Source of the DNA: Candidatus Methylomirabilota bacterium
GTDB taxonomy: Bacteria > Methylomirabilota > Methylomirabilia > Rokubacteriales > CSP1-6
DNA length: 64,000 nt
Assembly: GCA_036001065.1 (NCBI GenBank)
Contig: DASYUQ010000077.1
Location: 12,299-76,298, forward strand
Direction of reading: 5' to 3'
Position numbers and translations under genes: made by a program. Below, in pieces: positions 37,886 to 49,216 of the stretch; position 1 is the stretch's first letter, and each line of letters begins with the position of its first letter. The notes under the pieces were generated by a model, which saw nothing but the letters and a program-made list of their open reading frames with translations, searched no databases and had not been told where the DNA came from.

Positions 37886-38803
37886 TCAAAGACGCCGGCG
37901 GGCCGCCGCGATGTCGAGGCCGATCTGCTCCCTGAGCGCTTCCGGCCCGGGGAACTTTCGCTCATCCCTGAGCCGGCAGACGAACGCCAGGCGGATCGCA
38001 TGACCGTACAAAGAGCCCGAAAAATCGAGGAGATGGGCCTCGATGACCAGACGTCCTTCCTCGAACGTCGGCCGCACACCGATGTTGACGACGGCCGGAT
38101 GGCTCTCTCCGTCGACCTGGGCACGGCAGGCGTAGACGCCGGGCGGCACGAGCAAGGGCCGGTTGGGTCGGAGGTTCGCCGTCGGGAAGCCCAGGGTCCG
38201 ACCACGCCCGGCGCCCTGCACGACCTCGCCTCCGACCGCGTAGGGCCTGCCCAGGTACCGGTTGGCCCGCTCGACCTCGCCCGCCTTCAGCGCGGCGCGG
38301 ATCTCGGAGGAGGAGACGGCGACGCCGTCGATCATCAGCGGCGGCACGACGTGGCAGCGGAAGCCCATCCGCGGGCTGAGCGCCTGGAGGAGCCGCGCGC
38401 TGCCCCGCGCTCCGCGGCCGAAGGTGTGGTCGAACCCGACGACGATCTCGCGGGCGCGCAGCCGTTCGAGCAGCACGTCTTTCACGAAAGCCTCAGGCTC
38501 GACCGCGGCCAGGTCGGAGGTGAAGGCCAGCACGACGGTCGCGTCGACGTCCGTTTGAGCGATCAACGCCAGTCGCTCGTCCAGCGTGGAGATCAGCGCG
38601 GGGGCCTGCCCGGGCTGAAGCACCTCGGCGGGGTGGGGATCGAAGGTGCAGGCCAGCGCCTGCAGCCCCGAGGCCCGCGCCCGCGCCACCGCAGTCGCCA
38701 GGATCGCGCGATGGCCGAGATGGACGCCGTCGAAGACGCCGAGCGCGACCGTCGTCGCGGGCGCCTCAGGCGGGTAGGACTCGAGGCCCCGGACGATCCG
38801 CAT
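37886..38803 (-). CDS. ribF: Bifunctional riboflavin kinase / FMN adenylyltransferase
   Basis: [17 protein letters not shown] and a C-terminal riboflavin kinase domain. Confidence 0.8.
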   Translation of the reverse strand: MRIVRGLESYPPEAPATTVALGVFDGVHLGHRAILATAVARARASGLQALACTFDPHPAEVLQPGQAPALISTLDERLALIAQTDVDATVVLAFTSDLAAVEPEAFVKDVLLERLRAREIVVGFDHTFGRGARGSARLLQALSPRMGFRCHVVPPLMIDGVAVSSSEIRAALKAGEVERANRYLGRPYAVGGEVVQGAGRGRTLGFPTANLRPNRPLLVPPGVYACRAQVDGESHPAVVNIGVRPTFEEGRLVIEAHLLDFSGSLYGHAIRLAFVCRLRDERKFPGPEALREQIGLDIAAARRRL

Positions 38804-39698
38804 GCAGAATCCGCGCGGGCCTGACGCGGCCGCCGTCGGCCATCAGCTCCCCGACCCCAAAGAACCCGCCCTCGGCCGCGTGCACGGCCACGAATCGTCC
38901 GCTCCGACCGAGGGGCGGCATCACCTCCGCCGCCTGCCCCTGAAGAAAGCGCAACGCGGCTGGCGCGTCGAGGCGGATCACCGGCCAGCCAGCCAGGGTC
39001 GCCTCCGGCGGCAGGACCCGCCGCCACAGGGCGTCCGCTACGGCCCCGCTGATCTCCGAGGATGCGACGGCCTCGCCCAGCCCGAAGGGGCCGACCCGAC
39101 TGCGCACCAGGCGCTCGATGGCGGCGCCACAGCCGACCGCCTCCCCCAGGTCCGCGGCGAGGGTCCGGACGTAGGTGCCCTTGCCGCAGACGATCCTCAG
39201 CATCGCCGTCGGGGGGACCACTTCCTCGACCGTGATGGCATGGACCATCACCTCGCGCGGGGCCCGCACCACCTCGAGGCCCCGCCGCGCCAGCTCGTAG
39301 AGGCGCCGCCCCTCGTGGTGGAGCGCCGAGTACATCGGCGGCACCTGCTTGATCCGGCCGACGAAGGCGCGCGTGATCCGGATCAGGACGTCGCGGTCCA
39401 GCGGCGGCACCGGTGAGGTCGCGATCACACGCCCGTCGAGATCGAGGGTGTCGGTCCGGACCCCGAAGCGCAGTGTGGCGAGGTACTCCTTGTCCATATC
39501 TTGCAGGTAGGGCATGAGCTTGGTGGCCTCGCCGATGAGGACGGGCAGGACGCCGACGGCGCCGGGATCCAGGGTGCCGGCATGACCCACCCGCCGGGGC
39601 CGCAGCCGGCGGCGCACCAGCGCGACCACGTCGAAGGATGTTATGCCGGCGGCCTTGTCCACCACCAGCACGCCGGAGCGGGGGGCGCTCTCGGTCAT
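38766..39698 (-). CDS. truB: tRNA pseudouridine(55) synthase
   Basis: Start ATG 39698 (MTESAPRSGVLVVDKAAGITSFDVV...GHAGTLDPGAVGVLPV). Confidence 0.85.
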   Translation of the reverse strand: MTESAPRSGVLVVDKAAGITSFDVVALVRRRLRPRRVGHAGTLDPGAVGVLPVLIGEATKLMPYLQDMDKEYLATLRFGVRTDTLDLDGRVIATSPVPPLDRDVLIRITRAFVGRIKQVPPMYSALHHEGRRLYELARRGLEVVRAPREVMVHAITVEEVVPPTAMLRIVCGKGTYVRTLAADLGEAVGCGAAIERLVRSRVGPFGLGEAVASSEISGAVADALWRRVLPPEATLAGWPVIRLDAPAALRFLQGQAAEVMPPLGRSGRFVAVHAAEGGFFGVGELMADGGRVRPARILHADRPGPRVLPA

Positions 39699-40660
39699 CG
39701 CGCCTCGAGCGCGGCGCGAATGGCCGTCAGCACGTCGCGCGTGACCCGCTCGAGCGGTCCCTGCACGGTGCACCCCGCGGCGTTGGGGTGTCCTCCTCCG
39801 CCGAACCGCGCCGCGATGCGGCTCACGTCGACGTCGCCCTTGCCGCGCAGGCTCACCTTCACCGCTCCGTCCCGCTCGCGCAGCAGGCAGGCCACCCGCA
39901 CCGACTCGACGGAGCGCGGATAGGTCACGAGATCTTCGGACTCGATGATCATCTCCGGGACCGCGCCCGCCGGCAGCGCCAGCCACCCCACGCGCCCGTC
40001 GGGGCTCACCTCGATGCGGGCGAGGGCCTGGCCCAGCCACCGGAGCGCCTCCACGGACCGTCGCTCATAGAGCTGGCCCGAGACGAACGCGGGGTCGGCG
40101 CCCGCCGCCACCAGCGCGCCCGCGATGCGGAAGGTCGTGGGCGTCACGTTGGAGTAGCGGAACGACCCCGTGTCCATGTGGATCGCAGTGAAGAGGTTCG
40201 TGGCGATGGCCGGTGTGATCGGGGCGCCCAGCGCCAGCAGCAGCTCGTAGATCATCTCGCCCGTCGCCGCCGCCCCCGGCTCGATCCAGTTCACGTCGCC
40301 GTAGCCGCGGTTGTCGTGGTGGTGGTCGATGTTGACGATCGCCGCTCCCGTCCGCCGCGCCTGGTCGAGAAGACCCTCGGTGCGCTCGGGGTTGGGGCAG
40401 TCGGTCAGCACGGCCACGTCGAGCGGCCCCTCCACGCGCTCCAGGCGCGCGTACCGGTCGATGCCGGGCAGGAAGGCCAGCATCGGCGGCGCGGGGTGAG
40501 GCCCGCCCCACCTCACCGTCCAGCCGCGATTGCCCAGCGCCAGGCCGAGCGCGAGCAACGTGCCGAGAACGTCGGCGTCGGGGTGGACGTGGCCCAGCAT
40601 GAGCGCGCGCTGCGGACGCTTGAAGGCGGCCAGGACTTCATTGGTGACGGTCACCGGCAC
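39695..40660 (-). CDS. nrnA: DHH/DHHA1 phosphoesterase (NrnA-like bifunctional oligoribonuclease/pAp phosphatase)
   Basis: HVHPDADVLGT, DHHHDN and GGGHPNAAG motifs. Confidence 0.6.
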   Translation of the reverse strand: MPVTVTNEVLAAFKRPQRALMLGHVHPDADVLGTLLALGLALGNRGWTVRWGGPHPAPPMLAFLPGIDRYARLERVEGPLDVAVLTDCPNPERTEGLLDQARRTGAAIVNIDHHHDNRGYGDVNWIEPGAAATGEMIYELLLALGAPITPAIATNLFTAIHMDTGSFRYSNVTPTTFRIAGALVAAGADPAFVSGQLYERRSVEALRWLGQALARIEVSPDGRVGWLALPAGAVPEMIIESEDLVTYPRSVESVRVACLLRERDGAVKVSLRGKGDVDVSRIAARFGGGGHPNAAGCTVQGPLERVTRDVLTAIRAALEAR

Positions 40661-40666
40661 CCCCTT

Positions 40667-41014
40667 TCAGCGCTCGCCGGAGAGCTGCTTGAGCAGCTGC
40701 TGGATGCGCGCCGCGTGCTCCAGCGACCGGTCCGCCCGGAAGTCGAGCTCGGGCGTGACGCGCAGCTCGAGATGCTCCCGCAGCCAGTTGCGGATGAACC
40801 CCCGGGCGTGGACGAGCGCCGCCAGCGACGAGGCCCACTGCGGGTCATCGCCGAGAACCGAGACGAAAACCTTCGCCGACCGGAGGTCCTTGGTCGTCTC
40901 CACCTCGGTGATGGTCACGAAGCCCAGGCGGGGATCCTTGAGCTCGCGCTGGAGCAGCAGTGAAATCTCCTCGCGGATCAGCTGGTTCACGCGATCGAGC
41001 CGCTTGCCCTGCAT
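40667..41014 (-). CDS. rbfA: Ribosome-binding factor A
   Basis: Start ATG 41014 (MQGKRLDRVNQLIREEIS...). Confidence 0.85.
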   Translation of the reverse strand: MQGKRLDRVNQLIREEISLLLQRELKDPRLGFVTITEVETTKDLRSAKVFVSVLGDDPQWASSLAALVHARGFIRNWLREHLELRVTPELDFRADRSLEHAARIQQLLKQLSGER

Positions 41015-41304
41015 CAGAGTATCTCCACGCTCGTGTCGATGACGGAGCCGTCGATACTGGCTTCGATGAAGTCCATGGCCTTGGATACGACCTCGTTGGC
41101 GTGGCGGGAGTCGTGCGAGACGCACGCGACGGCGAGCGTGGCCCGCTGCCAGATGTCGTGATGGTCGACCTCGGCGACCGCCACCTCGAACCGGGCGCGG
41201 ACACGCTCCTTCAGCCCTTTGAGAACGTGTCGCTTGCCCTTCAGCGAATCGACGCCTGAAAGGTGCAGCTCAATCGTGCCGACAGCGACGCGCGCTCGGG
41301 ACAC
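41014..41304 (-). CDS. DUF503 (YlxP-like) protein
   Basis: 96 aa, in the conserved infB-DUF503-rbfA position. Confidence 0.55.
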   Translation of the reverse strand: MSRARVAVGTIELHLSGVDSLKGKRHVLKGLKERVRARFEVAVAEVDHHDIWQRATLAVACVSHDSRHANEVVSKAMDFIEASIDGSVIDTSVEIL

Positions 41305-41316
41305 GGCCCTCCGCCA

Positions 41317-43854
41317 TCACAACGTGCGCGCGATTTCCTCGGTGGCGTAGACCTCCAGGATGTCCCCGGGCTGGATCCCCTTCACCGCATCCACGCCGAT
41401 GCCGCACTCGAGGCCCGCCGCCACCTCGCGGACGTCCTCCTTGAAGCGCTTGAGCGAGGTGACCGTGCCTTCACCCACGACCGTGTCGCCCCGCCGCACC
41501 CGGACCTTGGCGTTCCGCACGATCTTGCCTTCCTGGACGTGGCTCCCGGCGATGGGCCCCAGCTTGGAGATGACGAAGATCTGGCGCACCTGGGCCCGGC
41601 CCAGCGTCGTCTCCCGGATCTCGGGCGCCAGCAGGCCGGCCAGCGCGGCCCTGACGTCGTTGATCACCTCGTAGATGACGTTGTAGTAGCGTACGTCCAC
41701 GCCGTTGGCCTGGGCCTGGCTGGCCGCCTTCGGCTCCGCCTTGACGTTGAAGCCGATGACGATGGCGTTCGAGGCCGAGGCGAGCATCACGTCGCTCTCG
41801 TTGATGGCGCCCACCGAGGCGTGGATGACCTTCAGCTTGACCTCCTCCGTCGAGAGCCGCTCCAGCGATTCCGTCAGCGCCTCCACCGAGCCCTGGACGT
41901 CGGCCTTGAGCACGAGCCGCAGTTCCTTGATCTCGCCGCTCTCGATCTGCCGGTGCAGCCCCTCGAGCGTGATGCGCTCCGCGGTCTTGACCTTGGCCTT
42001 CTCCCGCTCGAGCCGCATCTGCGCGATCTGGCGCGCCTTGCGCTCGTCCGACACGGCGACGAGCACGTCGCCGGCCGACGGCACGCCCGAGAGTCCGAGG
42101 ATCTCAACGGGATCCGACGGCCCCGCCGATTTGACCTTCCGCCCGCTCGGGTCGATCAGCGCGCGGATGCGGCCGGAGTGCGAGCCCAGGACGACGGCGT
42201 CGCCTTCCTTGAGCGTGCCATTCTGCACCAGCGCGGTGGCCACCGGGCCGCGCCCGCGGTCCAGCCGACCCTCGATGATGACGCCTTTGGCCGCGCGGTT
42301 GGGGTTGGCCTTGAGCTCGAGGATCTCGGCCTGGAGCGCCGTCATCTCCAGGAGATGGTCGATGCCGGTGCCCTTCTTCGCCGACGTGTTGACGAAGATG
42401 GTCTGCCCGCCCCACTCCTCGGGCACCAGGTCGTGGTTGCTGAGCTCGCGCTTGACCCGGTCCGGGTCCGCCTCCGGCTTGTCGATCTTGTTGAGGGCGA
42501 CGATGATGGGCACGTTCGCCGCCCGCGCGTGATTGATCGCCTCGATCGTCTGGGGCATCACGCCGTCGTCGGCCGCCACCACCAGGATCACGATGTCCGT
42601 GGCCTGGGCGCCGCGCGCGCGCATGGCCGTGAAAGCTTCGTGCCCGGGGGTATCGAGGAACGTCACTTTGCCGTGCGACGTCATGACTTGATAGGCGCCG
42701 ATGTGCTGGGTGATCCCGCCGAACTCCTTCTCGGCGACCTTCGACTTCCTGACCGCGTCCAGGAGCGAGGTCTTGCCGTGGTCGACGTGGCCCATGACGG
42801 TTACTACCGGGGGCCGGAGCACGAGCTGCGAAGGATCGACCTCGTCCTCTTCGAGGATGTCGCCTTCCACCGATCGGACCTCGACGTCGAAGCCGAACTT
42901 GTCGGCGACCAGCTTGGCCGCGGTGGGGTCCAGCAGCTCGTTCACCGTCGCCATCACGCCCAGCTCGAGGAGCGCCTTGATCACCTCGCCGGACTTGCGG
43001 CGCATCTTTTCGGCCAGCTCCGCGACCGTGACCGACTCCGGCACCCGGACCAGCTCGCGCTTGACGTCGGCCAGGGGCTCGGGCGGCGCTTCGATGGTCG
43101 CGACAGAAGCCGGCTTGGGCGGCGCGACCTCGACCGACGCCGTCCCGGCGGCAGCGGCCGGGGCTGCCGGCTCGACGCGGCGAAGCTCGCGCGGAGGTGC
43201 CGGTCGCGGCGGCGCCGGCGTGATACGAGGCTGCGCGAAGGGAGGCGCGGGATGACGCTGCGCCGGACGCGACGGAGGCGGCGGCGCTGGCCGCTCGATC
43301 GGTCGGAACGGGACGATCCTGGGCTCGGGCTTTTTCGCGGGGGCGGCCGGTGTCGAGGCGGGGCTCCCCACGAGCGGCTTGGGCGGCGCGGGCAGCACCG
43401 GCTCCGGTGGCGGCGCGATAGCGGGCTTGGGTTCGGGGATCGCCTCCGCCACGGGCCTGAGCGGCTCCAGCGCTTCGGCCGGCGCCTCCGCCGGCTTCTC
43501 GACCGGCTTCGGCTTGACGATCGTCGCCGCCGGGCGGAGCTCGACGGGCGCCGGCGCCTCTTCGGACGGCTGAACCTTCGCCTTCCGCGGGCGCGCGGCG
43601 GGCTTCGCCGCCTCTCCCTCCTCGGCCGCGGGCTTGAGCGTCCGGGGCCGCGAGGGGCGCTGCGGCTTCGTCTCTTCCGGAAGCTCCCGCCCTTTGCCGA
43701 GCTTGAGCCTCAGCGCGTTAGCAAGCGTCGTGTCGAGAGGGGTCATGGCGCGGACGCCCTTCTTGCCCATCTCTTCGGCTGCCAGCATCAAATCCTTGCT
43801 GGTCACGCCGAGCTCCTTCGCCAACTCGATGACCTTTATCTTTGCCGCTGCCAC
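41317..43854 (-). CDS. infB: Translation initiation factor IF-2
   Basis: 845 aa. It has a Pro/Ala-rich N-terminal region and a GTPase domain ([30 protein letters not shown]). Confidence 0.9.
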   Translation of the reverse strand: MAAAKIKVIELAKELGVTSKDLMLAAEEMGKKGVRAMTPLDTTLANALRLKLGKGRELPEETKPQRPSRPRTLKPAAEEGEAAKPAARPRKAKVQPSEEAPAPVELRPAATIVKPKPVEKPAEAPAEALEPLRPVAEAIPEPKPAIAPPPEPVLPAPPKPLVGSPASTPAAPAKKPEPRIVPFRPIERPAPPPPSRPAQRHPAPPFAQPRITPAPPRPAPPRELRRVEPAAPAAAAGTASVEVAPPKPASVATIEAPPEPLADVKRELVRVPESVTVAELAEKMRRKSGEVIKALLELGVMATVNELLDPTAAKLVADKFGFDVEVRSVEGDILEEDEVDPSQLVLRPPVVTVMGHVDHGKTSLLDAVRKSKVAEKEFGGITQHIGAYQVMTSHGKVTFLDTPGHEAFTAMRARGAQATDIVILVVAADDGVMPQTIEAINHARAANVPIIVALNKIDKPEADPDRVKRELSNHDLVPEEWGGQTIFVNTSAKKGTGIDHLLEMTALQAEILELKANPNRAAKGVIIEGRLDRGRGPVATALVQNGTLKEGDAVVLGSHSGRIRALIDPSGRKVKSAGPSDPVEILGLSGVPSAGDVLVAVSDERKARQIAQMRLEREKAKVKTAERITLEGLHRQIESGEIKELRLVLKADVQGSVEALTESLERLSTEEVKLKVIHASVGAINESDVMLASASNAIVIGFNVKAEPKAASQAQANGVDVRYYNVIYEVINDVRAALAGLLAPEIRETTLGRAQVRQIFVISKLGPIAGSHVQEGKIVRNAKVRVRRGDTVVGEGTVTSLKRFKEDVREVAAGLECGIGVDAVKGIQPGDILEVYATEEIARTL

Positions 43855-43861
43855 AGCCCCC

Positions 43862-44192
43862 TCACCTCCTACGATCTACGATACGTTTCCCGCTCGCCTC
43901 GGGCGCAGGGGCCCCTGGCTGCCCTGCGGCTCGCACCGCGGCCCCCGGCCGTCCTGCGGCTCGCACGACCATCTCCAGACTGGCCCCAGCCTCGCACGGT
44001 TTCCTGAACGCCTGCGCGAATCTCCCTGACTTCATCGCGCGCTCGAGACAGCCCGGGTCCGCGCACAGGTAGGCGCCACGGCCGACTCCCGTGGGGTCGT
44101 GGACGACGACGCCGTCCGGACGGCGAACCAACCGCACCAGCTCCAGCTTGGGTCGCACCTGCCGGCATCCCACGCACGTGCGCCGAGGACCT

Positions 44193-44209
<17 letters not shown>
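43862..44209 (-). CDS. ylxR: YlxR/RnpM family (DUF448) RNA-binding protein
   Basis: RTCVGCRQVRPKLELVRLV... in the conserved nusA-ylxR-infB position. The start is taken at Met17 of the track ORF. Confidence 0.55.
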
Positions 44210-45517
<1,308 letters not shown>

Positions 45518-45521
<4 letters not shown>

Positions 45522-45991
45522 CCCTCTCCCCGCCTCGGCCAGGGCACCTCCGCGTCCAGGCGCGCCTTGGTGACAACCGCCCGCGGCAACTCCACCCGCT
45601 CGCCCTCGCGCTCCAGCACCAGGCACTCCGGCACCACCTCGGCGAGCCGGCCGCGCACCTCGGCCCCACCGGCCAGCCAGCAACGCACGCGCTTGCCGGT
45701 CGCCCAGCGGTACTCGCGCTCGGTGCGCAGCTGCCGGTCCAGCCCGGGCGACGACACCTCCAGATCGTAGGACTCGGCGATCAGTCCCGCGACGTCCAGC
45801 AGATCGCCGACCTCGCGGCTCAGCCGCTCGCAGTCCCCGATGGCGACGCCGCCTGGCTTGTCGATGAACACGCGCAGCACCGCCCGGGGGCGGCGCGGAC
45901 GCCATTCGAGGTCCACCAACTCGAGCCCGTGGTCGTGGAGCACCGGCTGAATGACCTCCTCGATCTGGGCGCTCCGCTCCTCGTCCTGCAT
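45518..45991 (-). CDS. rimP: Ribosome maturation factor RimP
   Basis: Start ATG 45991 (MQDEERSAQIEEVIQPVL...). Confidence 0.7.
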
Positions 45992-46011
45992 CGTGACCAA
46001 CCCGCTAAAGT

Positions 46012-46038
46012 AAAAAACTGGGCAAGGCCCAGTTTTTT
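46012..46038. terminator. Bidirectional intrinsic terminator/attenuator hairpin (A6-CTGGGC-aag-GCCCAG-T6) between proS and rimP
   Basis: aaaaaactgggcaaggcccagtttttt, with a perfect 6-bp stem flanked by A- and T-runs. It lies only 20 nt upstream of the rimP ATG, so it may be an attenuator for the rimP-nusA-infB operon. Confidence 0.55.
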
Positions 46039-46072
46039 GAGACTTTAGCACGTGCATCCGGCGGAGGCAAGC

Positions 46073-47770
46073 TCATCCGGGCATTTTCAGCGCCCCGCTG
46101 GACTTGATGGCCGCCGCTACCTCGGCCTTGGCCACCCGGCTCTCCCGCCGGGTGCGGCGCTCCCGGATCTCCACGATGCCGTCTTTGACGAAGGCGTTGC
46201 CGACCGTCACCCTGAGCGGCATGCCCAGCAGGTCGGCGTCCTTGAACTTGACGCCCGGCCGCTCGTCGCGGTCGTCCAGCAGGGCCTCGATCCCGTGGCG
46301 ACAGCATTCCGCGTAGACCTCCTCGGCCGCGGTCGCCTGGGCCGCATCGCGGACGTTCACGGCGACGATGTGAACCTGGAAGGGCGCGATGGATGGGGGC
46401 CAGACGATCCCGTCGGCGTCGGCGAGCTGTTCGATCGCCGCCGCCGCGATCCGAGCCGGCCCGATGCCGTAGCTGCCCATCACGATCGGCTGCTGGCGGC
46501 CCTGCTCGTCCAGGTAGGCGGCGCCGAGCGGCGCCGAGTACTTCGTGCCGAGCTTGAAGATGTTGCCGACCTCGATCACGCGCTCGACGGCGAGGGGCTT
46601 GCCGCACTCGGGGCACGCCTCGCCCGCGGCCACTGTGTGCAGGTCGACGAAGCGGCAGCGAAAGTCGCGGCCCGGGCTGACGCCGCGGATGTGGACGCCC
46701 TCGCGGTTGGCGCCGACGACGTAGGTCCCGGTCTCGAGCGCCTCGTCGGCGAGCACGGGCACGCGCGCGCCCAGCGGTCCGATCGATCCCGCCGGGGCTC
46801 CCAGCAGCGCCTGGACCTCGTCGGGACGGGCGGGCCGGAACTCCTCGCCGAGCGCGCGCGCCAGCTTCCGCTCGTGCAGCGCGTGGTCGCCCCGCACCAG
46901 CGCCAGGACCGGGCCCATCTTCGCCGCGATGTAGAGCAGCGACTTGATCGTCAGCCGGGGATCGATCTTGAGCAACGCGGAGACTTCGGCGATCGTGCGC
47001 GCATTCGGCGTGGCCACCTCCTCGCGCGTCCAGGCTGGAAAGTCGGGTGGGGCCGGAACGCCCCGGGCGAGCTCAACGTTGGCCGCGTAGCCGCAGCCGC
47101 CACAGAGCGCGATCTCGTCCTCGCCGGCGGCGCTGGGCGCCATGAACTCGTGGGAGCCGAGCCCGCCCATCATCCCCGTATCGGACCGGACGACGTGGTA
47201 GGCCAGGCCGCAGCGGTCGAAGATCCGGCGATAGGCCCGCTCGTGAGCGGCGTAGGAGCGCTCCAGAGCTTCCAGGTCGGGATCGAGCGTGTACGAGTCC
47301 TTCATGAGGAACTCGCGGGTGCGAAGCACGCCCGAGCGCGGGCGCGCCTCGTCGCGCTCCTTGGTCTGGATCTGGTACCAGATCTGGGGCAGGTCGCGGT
47401 AGGAGCGGATCTCCCGGGCCGCCAGCCAGGCCACCACCTCCTCGTGCGTCATGCCCAGGCACATGTCGGCGCCCTTGCGGTCCTTCAGCTTGAACATTTC
47501 GGGAATACCGTCCCACCGGCCGGTCTTCTGCCAGATCTCGGCGGGCTGGAGCACCGGCATGGTGATCTCCTGCCCACCGATGGCGTTCATCTCCTCTCGG
47601 ATGATCGCGTTGATCTTGTCGATCACGCGCTGCCCGAGGGGGAGATAGACGTAGATTCCGGCCGCCAGCTGTCTGACCAGCCCGGCCCGCAGCATCAGCT
47701 TGTGGCTGAGGGCCTCGGCCTCGGCAGGGTCCTCCCGCAGCGTGGCGACGAGCGCTTTGCTGAGGCGCAT
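46073..47770 (-). CDS. proS: Proline--tRNA ligase
   Basis: 565 aa, a class II aaRS with an editing insertion. Confidence 0.9.
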   Translation of the reverse strand: MRLSKALVATLREDPAEAEALSHKLMLRAGLVRQLAAGIYVYLPLGQRVIDKINAIIREEMNAIGGQEITMPVLQPAEIWQKTGRWDGIPEMFKLKDRKGADMCLGMTHEEVVAWLAAREIRSYRDLPQIWYQIQTKERDEARPRSGVLRTREFLMKDSYTLDPDLEALERSYAAHERAYRRIFDRCGLAYHVVRSDTGMMGGLGSHEFMAPSAAGEDEIALCGGCGYAANVELARGVPAPPDFPAWTREEVATPNARTIAEVSALLKIDPRLTIKSLLYIAAKMGPVLALVRGDHALHERKLARALGEEFRPARPDEVQALLGAPAGSIGPLGARVPVLADEALETGTYVVGANREGVHIRGVSPGRDFRCRFVDLHTVAAGEACPECGKPLAVERVIEVGNIFKLGTKYSAPLGAAYLDEQGRQQPIVMGSYGIGPARIAAAAIEQLADADGIVWPPSIAPFQVHIVAVNVRDAAQATAAEEVYAECCRHGIEALLDDRDERPGVKFKDADLLGMPLRVTVGNAFVKDGIVEIRERRTRRESRVAKAEVAAAIKSSGALKMPG

Positions 47771-47774
47771 GGGC

Positions 47775-48110
47775 TCAGCGAGCGCCCGGCTTCTTGTTCG
47801 CTCCCTTCACACCGGGTTTGTAGAGGAGGCGCTCGACGGGCTTGCCGCCGAGAATGTGGGACTCGAAGATCTCCTGGAGATCGGACTCCTGGACGCCCGC
47901 GTACCACACGTCGTCAGGATAGACGACCATCATTGGCCCGTGGCCGCACTGCGAGAAGCAGCCGGCCTTGTTGACGCGGACCTCCGTCTTGAGACCGGCC
48001 CTGGCGCACTCGCCGCGCAGGTACTTCACGAACTGCTCGACGTCGCCCTGGGTCGGGCAGGTGTCGCCGCTCGTGCACACGAAGACGTGGGTGCGGTACT
48101 GGCCCATCAA
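47775..48110 (-). CDS. Thioredoxin-like [2Fe-2S] ferredoxin
   Basis: VFVCTSGDTCPTQG...CFSQCGHGP, 111 aa. Confidence 0.6.
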   Translation of the reverse strand: MMGQYRTHVFVCTSGDTCPTQGDVEQFVKYLRGECARAGLKTEVRVNKAGCFSQCGHGPMMVVYPDDVWYAGVQESDLQEIFESHILGGKPVERLLYKPGVKGANKKPGAR

Positions 48111-49207
48111 TCTGACGCGGCCGGCGCCGCCGCCCGGGCCGCCTTGCGCTCGGCGATGAACTTGTCGACCTCCTCGCGCATCGCCTTCACGATGTCTTTT
48201 TCGGAGACCTTCCGGATCACCTCACCGTTCTTGAAGATGAGGCCGATGCCCCGCCCGCCGGCGACGCCGATGTCGGCGGCGCGCGCCTCCCCGGGACCGT
48301 TCACCTCGCAGCCCATCACCGCGATGTGGATCTCCTCGTTGAGGCCGCGGAACTCGTCCTCGACCTCCTTGGCCAGCTTGACGAGGTCCACGTCGGCGCG
48401 GCCACACGAGGGGCAGGATACGAAGGTGAGCCCGCCCGTGCGCAGGCCGAGCGCTTTGAGGATATCGATCCCCACCCGGACTTCCTCGGTGGGGTCGGCG
48501 CTGAGCGAGACGCGGACCGTGTCACCGATCCCCTCGGAGAGCAGCGCGCCGAGGCCGACCGCCGACTTGATCGTCCCCACCCCCGGCGTGCCGGCCTCGG
48601 TGACGCCGAGGTGGAATGGATAGTCGACCTGATCGGCGAGCATCCGGTAGGCCTCGATCATCATCCGGGGGTCGGACGCCTTGAGCGAGACCTTCATCTC
48701 CGGGTAGTTCAGTTCCTCGAGGATCCGGATGTGCCGGAGCGCGGACTCGACCATGCCCTGGGCGGTGGGGCCATTGTACTTGGCGAGCAGGTCCTTTTCC
48801 AGCGAGCCCGCGTTGACGCCGATACGGATGGGTATCCACTTGTCCTTGGCCAGGTTGACGACCTCCTGGACGAAGTGCTTGCCCCCGATGTTGCCCGGAT
48901 TGAGCCGCAGCCCGTCGACCCCCTGCTCCAGCGCGATGAGGGCCAGCTTGTAGTTGAAGTGGATGTCGGCGACCAGCGGGATGCGAATCTGCCGCTTGAT
49001 CTCGCCGAGCTTCTCGGCCGCCTCCCGGACGGGGACCGCACAGCGGACGATCTCGCACCCGGCCGCCTCCAGCGACCAGATCTCCAGCAGCGTGGCCTCG
49101 ACGTCGCGCGTGTCGGTCTTGGTCATGGACTGCACGGTGATCGGCGAATCGCCGCCGATCTTGACCGTGCCGATCTGGATCTGCCGGGTCTGGCGCCGTT
49201 TGATCAT
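48107..49207 (-). CDS. ispG: 4-hydroxy-3-methylbut-2-en-1-yl diphosphate synthase (flavodoxin)
   Basis: 366 aa; canonical GcpE. Confidence 0.9.
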   Translation of the reverse strand: MIKRRQTRQIQIGTVKIGGDSPITVQSMTKTDTRDVEATLLEIWSLEAAGCEIVRCAVPVREAAEKLGEIKRQIRIPLVADIHFNYKLALIALEQGVDGLRLNPGNIGGKHFVQEVVNLAKDKWIPIRIGVNAGSLEKDLLAKYNGPTAQGMVESALRHIRILEELNYPEMKVSLKASDPRMMIEAYRMLADQVDYPFHLGVTEAGTPGVGTIKSAVGLGALLSEGIGDTVRVSLSADPTEEVRVGIDILKALGLRTGGLTFVSCPSCGRADVDLVKLAKEVEDEFRGLNEEIHIAVMGCEVNGPGEARAADIGVAGGRGIGLIFKNGEVIRKVSEKDIVKAMREEVDKFIAERKAARAAAPAASD

Positions 49208-49216
49208 GTCCAGGTC

